A stretch of DNA of 58,302 nucleotides, counting the filler, from Blastocystis sp. subtype 4 (lineage: Eukaryota): the NCBI RefSeq assembly GCF_000743755.1. It is 2 parts of 2 records of this genome, joined end to end, with 100 filler letters (N's around TTAATTAATTAA, not from the genome) between each part and the next. Parts side by side here need not be neighbours in the genome. Positions count along the whole stretch, not along the records: positions 1 to 29,175 come from NW_014569420.1; 1 more part is not named here. One strand, written 5' to 3'. The notes below the pieces were generated by a model. That model did no database searches, was not told where the DNA came from, and saw only the letters and a program-made list of their open reading frames with translations. This document shows positions 1-11,380 of this stretch, in pieces (the first letter of the stretch is position 1; each line of letters begins with the position of its first letter). Position numbers and translations under genes: made by a program.

Positions 1-360
1 AAAGCGAAATTGGGTGTACGTGCATTTGCTGATGCTCTTCTTGTGATTCCAAAGACGCTAGCAGAGAATAGTGGATTTGATGTGATGGTTGGAATGAAGA
101 AGGTATTTGAGGAATAGGATACAATTCTTGACGTGCAACATGAAATTCAGAAGGAGAATATGAAGGGTGGAATTGATATTCTGACTGGCAAGGCAATGTT
201 GCCTTCTATTGAAGGAGTGTGGGACAATTATCGTGTTAAGAGACAATTCATTCAACTAAGTACAGTCATCGCCAGTCAGTTACTCCTGGTGGATGAAGTA
301 ATGAGTGCTGGAAAGAATATGGGTCAACAAAGTACAAACAACATGGAAGAAGACGTTTGA
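1..360 (+). CDS. CCT6: T-complex protein 1 subunit zeta (CCT6), 3' part; gene starts before the window
   Basis: [25 protein letters not shown], then a 30-nt GT-AG intron at 88-117, then [12 protein letters not shown]...[18 protein letters not shown] at 358-360, TGTTTGTT at 377-384. Confidence 0.93.
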
Positions 361-465
361 ATTATTAGTTAGAAGGTGTTTGTTCCTATTCGTTATCTGA
401 AACTGGATTCAAATACAGTCTAATCGCGGGGAAACCGTTCAGTCTAAAGAGGTTCATTTTATAAC

Positions 466-1600
466 ATGAGCTTCCCAAATGTACCTCTAACAGCTGTTGG
501 AGTTGCTCCACAACCTACGCCTACCAACTTGTATACGGATATAAGCAACCTCTTCATTCTGATCACCAATGAGTTCAGTAAATCTGGATCGTATCGTTAT
601 GAAACAAGAAAAGTGACCTATCTTTCTATGTGTAACAAAATTATCAACATAGCAAGTCAGTTTGCAATGAGTTACTATGTCCCAGTCCCTGTCAGTCATA
701 CTATTACTTGGATAGTCGATTTGGGATCTCTGGAAAGTGAAAAAATGAATGCTATTAGTTATCAGATACAGTATTATGTAGCAAATGTGAGTATTTGGAT
801 TGCTGTTGATTCTTAGTTCTGGGGAAATCTTCAAACAATTGACTTTTCTCTTCGAAACCAGATTCTTGCGTTTCAGCAGCTTCTAGTGCAAGAGGTGGAT
901 TTCTACTCAATGAGATATTTGCTTTCTGTTTATCGCCGCCATCTACCAATTCAGACTGCAGATACAGCGATCCAGAACATTATTCAGTGTTATTTGATGA
1001 TTGCTGAATTGGAAACAGAGCTGAATCGTACTTGGTTCTACAAGGTGTTTCCTACCCTGCAGTATCCAGGAAATGGTACAAATCTTCGGTCGATTCGTGA
1101 TATTCTGCGAGGAAAGTTGATGCATCTGGAGAATTGTGTTGGATACAGTAATATTAATGCAGAACTTGTATTTGGTAATGCCTACTTTATCAATACGGAG
1201 AAATTGACTCTCCTTGATGTCATTTATACCATTCCTAATAGTATCATTCTTGCACTTTCTCAGCTACGAACCATTCTTCCTATGGATGTCTCTAGTTATG
1301 TTAATCAGTACATGAATTATGTGATGACAACCCAGAAGGATATTACCACAAATCCAAGTATGCGTACGGTTTGTCAATCTATTGAGGAGTTCTATAGACT
1401 GATGACTGATTTGGTAAGAGTTTGGTAGAGATGCTGATGAGTAGTGTCATGTGGAGAAGAATCCAAGGGAAATAGCTCGACCCAAACTGAAGCGATTGCT
1501 TGATATAGAAAATGCATTTAGTCAATTGAATATGTATACTGCACTGAGTGCAAGTATGCGTGAAGATATTAGTCGTCTAATGAAGTTATATGGTGTATAG
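466..1600 (+). CDS. Hypothetical protein, 3 exons
   Basis: ORFs 466-816 and 886-1428 join in frame through intron 787-815. Intron ~1413-1444 leads to a last exon ending ...RLMKLYGV* (TAG 1598-1600). TGTTTGTT at 1606-1613. Confidence 0.7.
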
Positions 1601-1717
1601 TAAGATGTTTGTTTGACACAACTATTGGGTTATTGAGAGACTTGATATGTGTATTTAGATCAAAACTCCAAATAGCATCTTCAACAAACAATCCACTATT
1701 GCATAAATGTTAAACAT

Positions 1718-3205
1718 TTAGTTAAAAGGAACTAGCATAGATGGGGTACCCATTGCAAAGTAGAAAATTCCGGCACCCAGACCTCCAGCAACTACCATTG
1801 TCACTACCCATCCTACAAACACTTCAATCAACAACTTCCAATTAACACCCTCCTTGCCTTCTAAACAACCTACACCTACAGTCGAACCGACTTGACAGTG
1901 TGTTGTAGAAAGAGGAATTCCCTGACCAGAACCAACAAGGACAACAATAGCAGCACCCATCTCAATAGTGAAGCCACGAGAAGGAGTGACACGAACTAAA
2001 TTCACACCAATCGAAGCCATGATCTTGTAACCCATAGTGGCCAGACCAACCACAATACCAGCACCTCCCAGAGCGAGAATCCAGATAGGTACAGCTGATT
2101 TAGCATCAGCATGGTGAGTAGTGTAAATAGCAATGACTCCAGCAAAGGGACCGATGGAATTAGCAACATCATTAGCTCCGTGAGAGAAAGAATCGAATGT
2201 GGCTGTGATGACCTGGACGAAAGAGAAGACATTCTCAGTGCGAGCATCAAACTTTTCAGCATTCTGATGGATCTTATATACCTTTGACTCCTCATCCTTC
2301 AGCTCAGCATGGACATCATGATCGAGAAGGTTGTGTACATTGTCCACCTTCTTCACTTCAACCTTGGTCTCCGTGGGAACAGTCACAGCAACCTCTGTAG
2401 AGGCAGCAGCAGCATCAGTAGGAGCAGCAGGAGTAGGGGCGGGAATGGTAGTCTTCACAGTCTCCTCATCAACAATATTCAGAGACTTAGTACGCAGACG
2501 AGGAACCATTACGAAGTATAGAATCAGACCAATGACCAGACCAATACCACAAGAAATAAGCAAACCAAGCCAGTAAGGAGTATCACTTAGCCCAAGCTGA
2601 GGAGTACCCTTGTAGATAATGTACATAATGTTCACAGCAAAGGTTATAGCGACCAGGATAGGATAGAACTTAAGAGAACGCTCAAAAGAATTCTTAGCAC
2701 GAAGAATCACGTTACGGACGAACAGGAACAGAAGGAATGATAAGATACCAGAGAGAACAGGAGACGTAAACCAAGAAATAACAATCTCCCAGACCTTTTC
2801 CCAATGAATAGCACTAGATCCCTTGGCAACAATACCACAACCGACCAAGGCTCCAATAATGGAGTGAGTAGTCGATACAGGAAGACCACACATAGTAGCA
2901 ACAATAAGCCACACTGCTGAAGACATCAGTGCACACATGTTTGCTACCATCAGGACTTCGGGTTCGTTGGCAAATAAGTCTGGATCAATAATATTCTTTG
3001 CAATTGTGCTTGTGACACGAGAGCCCATCAAGAAAGCACCTGAGAATTCCATAACGGCAGCAATAATCAGAGCAGTTCGCAGAGTAATTGCCTTGGCTCC
3101 TACAGATGTTGCAAAAGCATTGGCGACATCATTAGCACCAATACCATAAGCCATCACGAAGGCCACAAAACCAGTGAAGTAGGGAATCCATGTGTAGGTA
3201 ATCAT
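1718..3205 (-). CDS. PiT/PHO4-family inorganic phosphate transporter (intronless)
   Basis: 495-aa ORF with both PiT signature copies (GANDVANAFATSVG, SHGANDVANSIGP), plus PVSTTHSIIG and PLSTTHCQVG. Minus-strand motif at 1683-1690. Confidence 0.95.
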   Translation of the reverse strand: MITYTWIPYFTGFVAFVMAYGIGANDVANAFATSVGAKAITLRTALIIAAVMEFSGAFLMGSRVTSTIAKNIIDPDLFANEPEVLMVANMCALMSSAVWLIVATMCGLPVSTTHSIIGALVGCGIVAKGSSAIHWEKVWEIVISWFTSPVLSGILSFLLFLFVRNVILRAKNSFERSLKFYPILVAITFAVNIMYIIYKGTPQLGLSDTPYWLGLLISCGIGLVIGLILYFVMVPRLRTKSLNIVDEETVKTTIPAPTPAAPTDAAAASTEVAVTVPTETKVEVKKVDNVHNLLDHDVHAELKDEESKVYKIHQNAEKFDARTENVFSFVQVITATFDSFSHGANDVANSIGPFAGVIAIYTTHHADAKSAVPIWILALGGAGIVVGLATMGYKIMASIGVNLVRVTPSRGFTIEMGAAIVVLVGSGQGIPLSTTHCQVGSTVGVGCLEGKEGVNWKLLIEVFVGWVVTMVVAGGLGAGIFYFAMGTPSMLVPFN

Positions 3206-3534
3206 TTCTTCTACCTTCCTTTCGTATATTTAAGAAATAATGATAAAAGCATAGTTGAAAGGGTGAAGATTCTTTGTAAGATTCTCTCCCTAGTCATGGC
3301 AGTTTCATTATGGTTCTTTTGACCAATCATATGCGACCTCGAGATTCTTTTTGCACTTTGCTTGTCATTGAAAAAGTGGAATCTTTTGGTTCCTATATCA
3401 TCTCTACTGATAATTGATAAATATGTTCAAGCGAAAAGACTTTGTGAGATGTTGATAGCTACACTCTAGAAAATAGTCTACAAATGGCATAATCGAATAT
3501 TTAAACAAACAGAGTCTGAATAACCCGACTTCGC

Positions 3535-6191
3535 CTAATTATGTCCACCAAACTTCTCACGATAAGCCTTCACTTCTTCGGGCTCGATTCTCTTGAAAAT
3601 AGGAAGAATTTCATTAATCTTGTGTCCAGCAGGAATGATCTCTTCATACTTCTCAGGAATCTTACCATGGTCAAAGTTCAACTGGTAGCAGACCTTATCA
3701 GCAAAACCTGGCATAAATGGTTCAAAAATGTTGCTGATCAGATAGATCAAGTTCACAGCCACATAACAGATGGTTCCACACAATTCAGGGTTCGTCTTCA
3801 GCACAGTCCATGGCTCTGCATCCTGCAAATACTGATTGCCCAGACGGGAGATCTCCATGGCCCATTTCAGTCCTGCCTTCAAATGAGTTCCGTACATAGC
3901 CTCATTATACCTATTCTTCATCTTCCAACCATAATCTTACTTCTGCAGAGTGGCATTAACATCTTCAATCAATTTCAACTCTCTCTCGGTCTTTGGTCCA
4001 CAAGCAGGTACTGTAGCATTCATTCGATTATGAATAAATGACAAACAACGATTGACAAAATTACCCAAGTTTTTGAGCAATTCATTATTGTTCTTATCAG
4101 CCAAATCCTCCCAATAGAAGGCTGAATCCGATTGTTCAGGACGATTTGATAACAAATAGAAACGCCAGACTTCACTTGGAATGTCCGTTTCCTTGGCCTG
4201 ATCACCAAATACACCAGTATTCTTGCTCTTACTGAACTTTCCGTCCTCATAATTCAGATACTCAGTACATGAAATTTGACTGACCAACGTCCAAGGATCA
4301 TGAGTACCCATCAAAGTACAAGGGAAGATCACAGTGTGGAACGGAATATTGTCCTTGCCCATGAATTGAACCAGACGAACCTTCTCTGGATTACACCACC
4401 ACTGCTTCCATTCTTTCGTATAGTTCGCTGTGATGCTAATATAACCAATTGGAGCATCGAACCAGACATAGAACACTTTGTCTTCATATCCCTTCAGAGG
4501 AACAGGAGTACCCCACTTCAAATCACGTGTGATACAACGAGGTTTCAAACCATTTTCAATCCATCCATTCGTAATATTGATAGCATTTGATGACCAATCA
4601 TTCTTCACGGAAGTTTCACTCACCCACTTCTTCAATTGTTCTGCTTGATCAGGCAGATTGAGGAATAAATGCTTAGTTGTTCGCTTCTCAACCTTATGAG
4701 AAGGACCACCCTGCTTACACACAGGATTGATCAGTTCAGTTGCATTCAGTAGATTTCCACACTTATCACATTGATCACCACCAGCACGATCATAACCACA
4801 AATAGGACAGGTTCCTTCAATGAAACGATCAGCAAGGAAACGTTCACACTGATTACAGTAAACTTGTTCAATCTCTTGTTCCACTAATTGATTCTCATCC
4901 ACGAGACGCTTAAAAATAGCTTGAGCGATTTGTGTCTAACAATGAATATGTTACCCCAGCCCTACTTGTGGCCAATCATCATCCTTATGAGGATCATTTG
5001 TAGATGTTCGACCAAACATATCAAAATGAACATCAAACCAATCATACACTTGCTTGTGAATAGCATGATACTTGTTACAAATCTCTCTGGGTGTCATATG
5101 ATCAGCCTGAGCTCGAGTCTCTGTTGCTGTTCCATATTCATCTGTACCACACACAAACAGAGTATTCAGACCACGTTCACGACAATACCGAGCAAACACA
5201 TCAGCACTCAAAACACATCCAATCAGATTACCTAAGTGAGGAACATTGTTCACATAAGGAAGAGCTGACGTGATCAAAATGTTCTCTTCACCATCCTTTG
5301 GTAGAACCTCTTGCTTTGGATACTCACGCTTGCGTTTCTCTGTGGCAATTGCCGTCGCTCCTGAAGCGAACTGTTGCTTTTCCTCTTTCTTCTCAACCTT
5401 CTTTGGCTGCTGTTTCGCTACTACCTTAGGACAGGTCTTTTGAGACACAAGGATGGAAGTACCAATAAATGTAGGAGCATTCTTAGGAGCCTCACCTTCC
5501 AATACAGCAACAGAAGCACTAGATAAGATACAGATAACAAGGAATACACTCTCTTCACATACTTCATAAAAGCAAGATACTTCTTACTAAGTGAAGCAGG
5601 ACAGGGATAGGGGCTCTTCTTAGCAATGCTAGGGTATATAGCACTAACAACCAACAGATCATCAAGCGAAAGAGTTGTTCCTATATAAGAATCACAGATA
5701 CTTCTCTTACCATGCAGATACGTGTTGTCACCAAGGACAGCAACGATTTCATCCAGATCTATATTCAATATGAACAATGAGACATACACTTATGTACATC
5801 AGCATAGATAGCTTTGATTTCATCCGAAGAATTATCCGAAACATCCTTCAGACCTCCAGCAGACAGAACAAATAGCTTTCTGCAGGCTATAGCAAATTCC
5901 TAACCATGAGGAAAAACAGACACCATCACCTGGCTCTTCTCAATGAAGGTACAGGTTGTGTCCAGAGGTGTTCCCTTGACAAGGAATTTGCAAATGTCAA
6001 CAACTCCCTTAATGGACGTTTCAGGAGTGATTAAAACAGGTTCATCTATCCGAATGAATCCATATTAGACAGTTTCTCATACCATCTTGTACTGGTTCCA
6101 CTTCAATGTCAATCTTGGAAACTTGAGCACAAGCCAAAATAGCTAACAGAGTGTTCTGATTTAAGAAACTAGTATTCAGTTGGAGCTTCAT
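3535..6191 (-). CDS. MARS1: Methionyl-tRNA synthetase, cytosolic type, with an N-terminal extension (possibly GST-like)
   Basis: [16 protein letters not shown] (HIGH), [23 protein letters not shown] (KMSKS) and zinc-knuckle CxxC pairs. Several short introns. Start ATG inferred at 6189-6191. Confidence 0.95.
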
Positions 6192-6268
6192 AATCAACGA
6201 ATTGTGGCTGCTTGAGGAACTATAGAAAATGGCAAAACCCCGAGCATTTGGTCCTAAGACTAGATGAA

Positions 6269-7654
6269 ATGGATTTTGATAGTCTGTTGCAGGGAATTAA
6301 TGGCTTCAATGACTTAAATTCCCTGTTGCAACACGAAGAGGTACTTCCAGATGTACCAGAGATATCGGAACCCAATGTAGTACTCTCGGGTGTAACTTTT
6401 GAAAAGCATGGAATATCAGATACAAGGAGAGAGGCGATCAGTGTCCTTCGCACTCAACTTATCGAGAAAGAACGTCTTCTTTGGATTAACCGTAATTTGC
6501 AGAATAAGATTCAAGATCAACTTAGTACAATTCAACGTCTTCTTGGAAGACGAGGAACTGAAGAAGTTGAACAAGTTCCATGTGAGGAGCCAAGTGAATT
6601 CAATGTTAGCGAGTATTCAAAACAGATTCTGCGTTCATTTCCTGTAGAAGGGAGTAGTCGTTACTTTTCACGTAAAACGCATTCTCTCCCTCGTTTTATG
6701 TCTGAAGATGGCAAGCCTTTGACTCTCCAGTCTCCAAAGCGTTCTTTTACGTCTAAGCAATGGTCTGAGAAGAGTGAAACAATGCTGAAAGAGCTTGTTA
6801 TCGAAGAATGTAAACAGCTGATCAATGTGGGTTCGATTCCTCTCAATCAGAGTGGAAAGGTTCAAGCTTATCGCGCTGAAACGACACCAAGTGAACGGAC
6901 GCATTGTCTCCAGGTTCTTATGCCCAATCTTATCAATAGTTTCTCTTGGGAGGTGATTGCTAGTAAAGTGGGTCATTCTCAAACGGACTGCTTTGTACAC
7001 TGGATGAACTGTTGTGATCCCTTTGTAAATCAGAATCCTTGGACTCTAGAAGAGGATAAGAAATTAGTTTTGGCAGCAGAACGAAGGAAGAAACGATGCT
7101 GGGTAAAAATAGCTTCGGATGTAGGAAATGGACGAGTTCCTATCCAATGCTTTCAACGTTATATTCGTGAACTCGAAATGCAAGGTAGTTATAAGAAATG
7201 GACAGATGAGGAAGATGGAATCTTACTTGATACAGTTCAGAAAACTGGAACAAAGGCATGGAAAGTAGTAGCAAAGAAGCTACCTGGACGATCTTGGGAT
7301 CAATGTCGTTCTCGTTACTATCAAGCTCTCAAACAACGTGGAAAGAAGGGAAGATGGAGCGAGATGGAGAAGTGTCGATTGTTATTATATCTCTATTTCT
7401 ATGGACAAGATAATTGGTCTCTGATCGCTCAGAAAATGGTAACTCGAAATACTGCTCAATGTCGTGATGAATGGAGTCGGTGTTTGTGCCCGACAGTTTC
7501 TCATGAACGATGGACAGCACGAGAGGACAAATTACTCTTATCTACAGTCAACACAAAGGGAACAACATCCTGGATAGCAGTGAGCGCTGTTCTTCCTGGC
7601 CGAACCGCTGATGCTTGTAAGACTCGGTATCGGTTACTGAAAAAGAAGTGGTGA
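6269..7654 (+). CDS. Multi-repeat Myb/SANT protein, SNAPC4 (SNAP190)-like
   Basis: Four to five tandem Myb repeats (WTLEEDKKL, WTDEEDGIL, WSEMEKCRL, WTAREDKLL) after a half repeat (WEVIASKVGHSQTDCFVHW). TGTTTGTT at 7661-7668. The SNAPC4 assignment is inferred from the repeat layout. Confidence 0.75.
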   Translation: MDFDSLLQGINGFNDLNSLLQHEEVLPDVPEISEPNVVLSGVTFEKHGISDTRREAISVLRTQLIEKERLLWINRNLQNKIQDQLSTIQRLLGRRGTEEVEQVPCEEPSEFNVSEYSKQILRSFPVEGSSRYFSRKTHSLPRFMSEDGKPLTLQSPKRSFTSKQWSEKSETMLKELVIEECKQLINVGSIPLNQSGKVQAYRAETTPSERTHCLQVLMPNLINSFSWEVIASKVGHSQTDCFVHWMNCCDPFVNQNPWTLEEDKKLVLAAERRKKRCWVKIASDVGNGRVPIQCFQRYIRELEMQGSYKKWTDEEDGILLDTVQKTGTKAWKVVAKKLPGRSWDQCRSRYYQALKQRGKKGRWSEMEKCRLLLYLYFYGQDNWSLIAQKMVTRNTAQCRDEWSRCLCPTVSHERWTAREDKLLLSTVNTKGTTSWIAVSAVLPGRTADACKTRYRLLKKKW

Positions 7655-8011
7655 CATGGTTGTTTGTTCATAATCTAAAACTTGTTAGTATTGTCTAGTA
7701 CTTGTCATTTATTGGTATTTCTATTCATAATCACGTATTCCAACTCAGCATGTATCCTATCTCATCATTAGAGTTGTAATCGGAAAGAAATAAGAAGAAA
7801 TGACCCCCTGGATTTGAATCTGAACAGAAAATCGTGAGAATCTGACTATGAAGATGGGGTACGATTCAAGTCCATCCTTTGGTGAAGCCAAGAAATACTT
7901 CTGTTGTCTCCACAGATGTAAGTGTTCCTCTCTTTTAATCGATTCTCCCCAAATCGATCTGTTGAATTCCGCTGTGTTGATAGAGTCGCTAATTCTCTGT
8001 AGAAGTAACAA

Positions 8012-8571
8012 ATGTCCAAGACTGTGTCGAAGTTCTTCCCCATTGAGGCTCCTGCTACTGTTGAGGCCAAGCCCACCAAGCTGCGTGCCACCATCACTCC
8101 CGGAACTGTTCTGATCGTTCTGGCTGGACGTTTCGCTGGAAAGCGTGTTGTGTTCCTGAAGCAGCTTCCTTCTGGACTCCTTCTTGTCTCTGGTAGGTCG
8201 TTTGTGAGGAGAGTAAGTGTGTAGGACCTTACCAGGTCAACAAGGTTCCTCTTCGTCGTATGAACCAGTGCTACGTGGCTGCCACCTCCACCAAGGTTGA
8301 CATTTCCTCTGTCAAGATTCCCCAGGCTGTGAATGATGCCTACTTCAAGGCTCCCGCTAAGAAGTCCGAGGAACTCTTCTCCAAGGAGTATGTGGTAGGT
8401 GACTAGAGATGGTTGTGATCATGTAGCCCATCGTTTCTGAGGAGCGCAAGGCCAACCAGGAGGCTGTGGATGCTGAGTTGATGAAGTGCATCGAGAAGGT
8501 TCCCATGCTGAAGGAGTACCTGCACGAGAACCCTTCAGAGAGGTGATCGTCCTCATGATATGAAGTTCTAA
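8012..8571 (+). CDS. RPL6: 60S ribosomal protein L6 (eL6), with an apparent frameshift near 8529
   Basis: [49 protein letters not shown]; introns 8193-8225 and 8395-8426. The conserved tail [13 protein letters not shown] lies in the +1 frame. Confidence 0.93.
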
Positions 8572-8676
8572 GTCTGACTGGTACTTGTGGAGATTTGATG
8601 ATTGTTTGTTTAAGAGATGCGAGTGATCAGTCTTTCTTCTCTCGTTTGTCTGATTCCATTATCTATAGTGGTAGTT

Positions 8677-11236
8677 ATGGAGTCAGTACCCGAAACTGTC
8701 AAAGAAAGGGTGTTTGCATTTGGTGAAAGCGATTTCCTAGTGGAGAACTTCAATCCCGAACAATTTCTCGCCAAATATTCAACAACATGTGAATTGGAAG
8801 ATCTTAAATCAGATATTACTGAATTCCTTCAACATTGTGAAAATGCGATTATGAGCATTATGAACAAGGATTATGAGTCTTTCATTTCTCTTGCAATGAG
8901 ATTAAATGGGTTGAAGGAGAAAATCAGTGCCATTCGGACTCCCTTGTCAGAAAGTGAAGGACAACTGAAAATTCACAAAGAAAATTTGATTCGGGAATGT
9001 GAAGCACTGGCAAGTCTATTAAAAAGGTATCGAGATGTGGAAGAACGGAAGCATTATCTGCAGCAGTTTATGGATCTCAATAGTCTTCTGGAAGAAGCAG
9101 AAGGAATAGTTAATGAGGTAAGATATCTCATAGGATATGATATTGAAGGAAAAGCAGAAGAATCCGACTCAGATGCAAGTCGTGGATATTATGAATATGG
9201 AACGAAGCTGCAGAGATATCTGCCACGCTTCCTCGATCTTATCATCGTCTTCAAGAAGTACAAGTGTTGTTGCATCCTTAGAGATAGAGGACGTTCCTTT
9301 CTTGATTATGAGTAAAGATCGGATCGATGCTCTGCGCAAGAGTGTTATCAACATTCTTCGTTCCGTTTTTGATCGAAATGTGCAAGGAAACAGTTACAAC
9401 AAGTTCTATTTTGATAATAATCTCATAAACAGGAAATTAGCGTTAGTTCTCAAGTGTTATGTACTTCTTGATATGGTGGAGGATATTCAGAACTATTACC
9501 GCGAAAATTTCGTCGTACCCTTTATCGATACCATTATCACAAGAGTCTTTTCTTGTATGCATATTCATATATAGGAGAAGCTGGATGGTGCCAATCGGAA
9601 CAGCTGTAGTGGTTTATCTGTAATTCTCGACTCTCTCTACAATTATATTGCCAATAACTGTACTTCGATTCTGGTTAGTAGTAAGGAAATTGTGATCATG
9701 GAACCCGATGAGAAATCCCGCTTTGTCTACGATTTTTTGATTTCCAGTATTTGGAGTCCTATTGTTGATTTCATTTTCCGGCGCATTCCCAATCTCTTTG
9801 TCGATGTCTGTTCTTTGTATCATTTCTAGACTTGTGGAGCCCACAGTATTTTTCAACACAATTATTCTCTTTGCAGTGCCTTTGTAACCAAACTATCTCA
9901 GTTGGCCGATAATCAAGAGTATTTTTGGAATCATCCCAAAACGATATCTTTCTTTAATAAATGGGAATTAACCGTATATATCACATCTCTCTCACTGGAT
10001 TTCATGACATCGCAGATCTCCGTCTTACTGAAGAAAACTGTCGGAGAATCAAAGGAAACGACGGGTAATTGAAAGAATGAGCTATTACATGTAGCCAGCG
10101 TTCAACAAAAGATGAAACAAGATGTGCCATTTCAATTGGACGCGACCACTGTACATCCAAGGTGGCTTGATGATCAATAGATTACTTACTCATTGATTTG
10201 TCGTTGCTTCACGCAAGAAGTGTACATTCCCCGATGTTGTAAGGATCTCCTCCAGTTAGCCTTGGCTTTGATATCGCGATATTTATCCTACATTACTGAC
10301 ACTTTGGCTGTGAGATCCATAGATAGTTGATTAATGTGTAGTCATTTGGAATTCCAGAAAAGGAGACAATTTTGGCATCTTCATCGGTTTCTCCACAACC
10401 TTCGACACCCGTTAGTACTCCTACGATTCCAGATACATGTGTTCCGCAATTGGTCGATCTTGTGCATGTAAGAGTGAATGAGGGTATTAATGGGAATAGG
10501 ATTTTGTGCTGCTGAAGAATGTATTGAATGACCAGTTTGTGACACAAACCAAGAATGTGTTGAAAGAAGGAAGTACGGAATTAACGGTGATTTTGAAGGC
10601 TTTTTCATATGTGTTGGAAAACGAAGGAAATAAGGTTGTGAATACGTTAATGGATACATTACTGACGATCAATCTGTATAATGCATCTACCTCGATCAGT
10701 AATGCTCGTTCTGTCACTAGTAGCTACCGAATGACAAATAAACCTGGTAGGGCTTGGATGAAAGAAATCACGATTAGCTCCCACAAGTCCTTCTTTTTAT
10801 GTTTCTAGAATTCTTTACTATTATGAAGGATTTGATAAGAAGTATTCGAAACTACTGAATATTGATAGTTCGTTGTATTCTTCATGGAAGACTCAAGTAG
10901 GATAGAAAGTGACCTCTAATTGTGTAGTTGGTTGATGATGTATGCTTACTCTTCCATTCAACCATCGAAGACATTTTGCATACAGTGAACGTAGAATGAG
11001 TATTTGATTATTAGATTTCGCGTATGGAGGAAGTACTCTCAAAACATCGAAAGAGAAATCTTCCAGGAGAAAGTGTGGATGGAGTTGATGAAACTGACGA
11101 AGAAAAGATGAAGCACCAATTGTTGTTGGATGTAACGGCTCTGAAATCCCATATTTCGGAACTGAATCTGGTACTTCCTGCTTCCTACAACAATCTCTTT
11201 TCTATGGTGTACGGTGCTTACAATCAAAAGAAATAA
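8677..11236 (+). CDS. COG2: Conserved oligomeric Golgi complex subunit 2, multi-exon
   Basis: N-terminus FNPEQFL...LEDLKSDI...IMNKDYESFISLAMRL, internal YRMTNK, C-terminal DEEKMKHQLLLDV. TGTTTGTT at 11257-11264. Confidence 0.8.
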
Positions 11237-11380
11237 ATCGTGTATATAGTGATACATGTTTGTTTTCATTTTCATTTTTGATTTCTCGTTTGTTGCATCT
11301 TGAATGCGAAAGCAGGACGACAAGGAGAGTTTTTCAGAATCATCGGTATTTTATTCTTTTGTTGAGTTGATGGTAGAGAC

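Noticed and set aside
7700..8010. Unusually long intergenic region before RPL6; possible snoRNA or the short ORFs in the track
   Set aside because: Only weak C/D-box-like words and no recognisable guide sequence or protein. It may simply include a 5' UTR intron.
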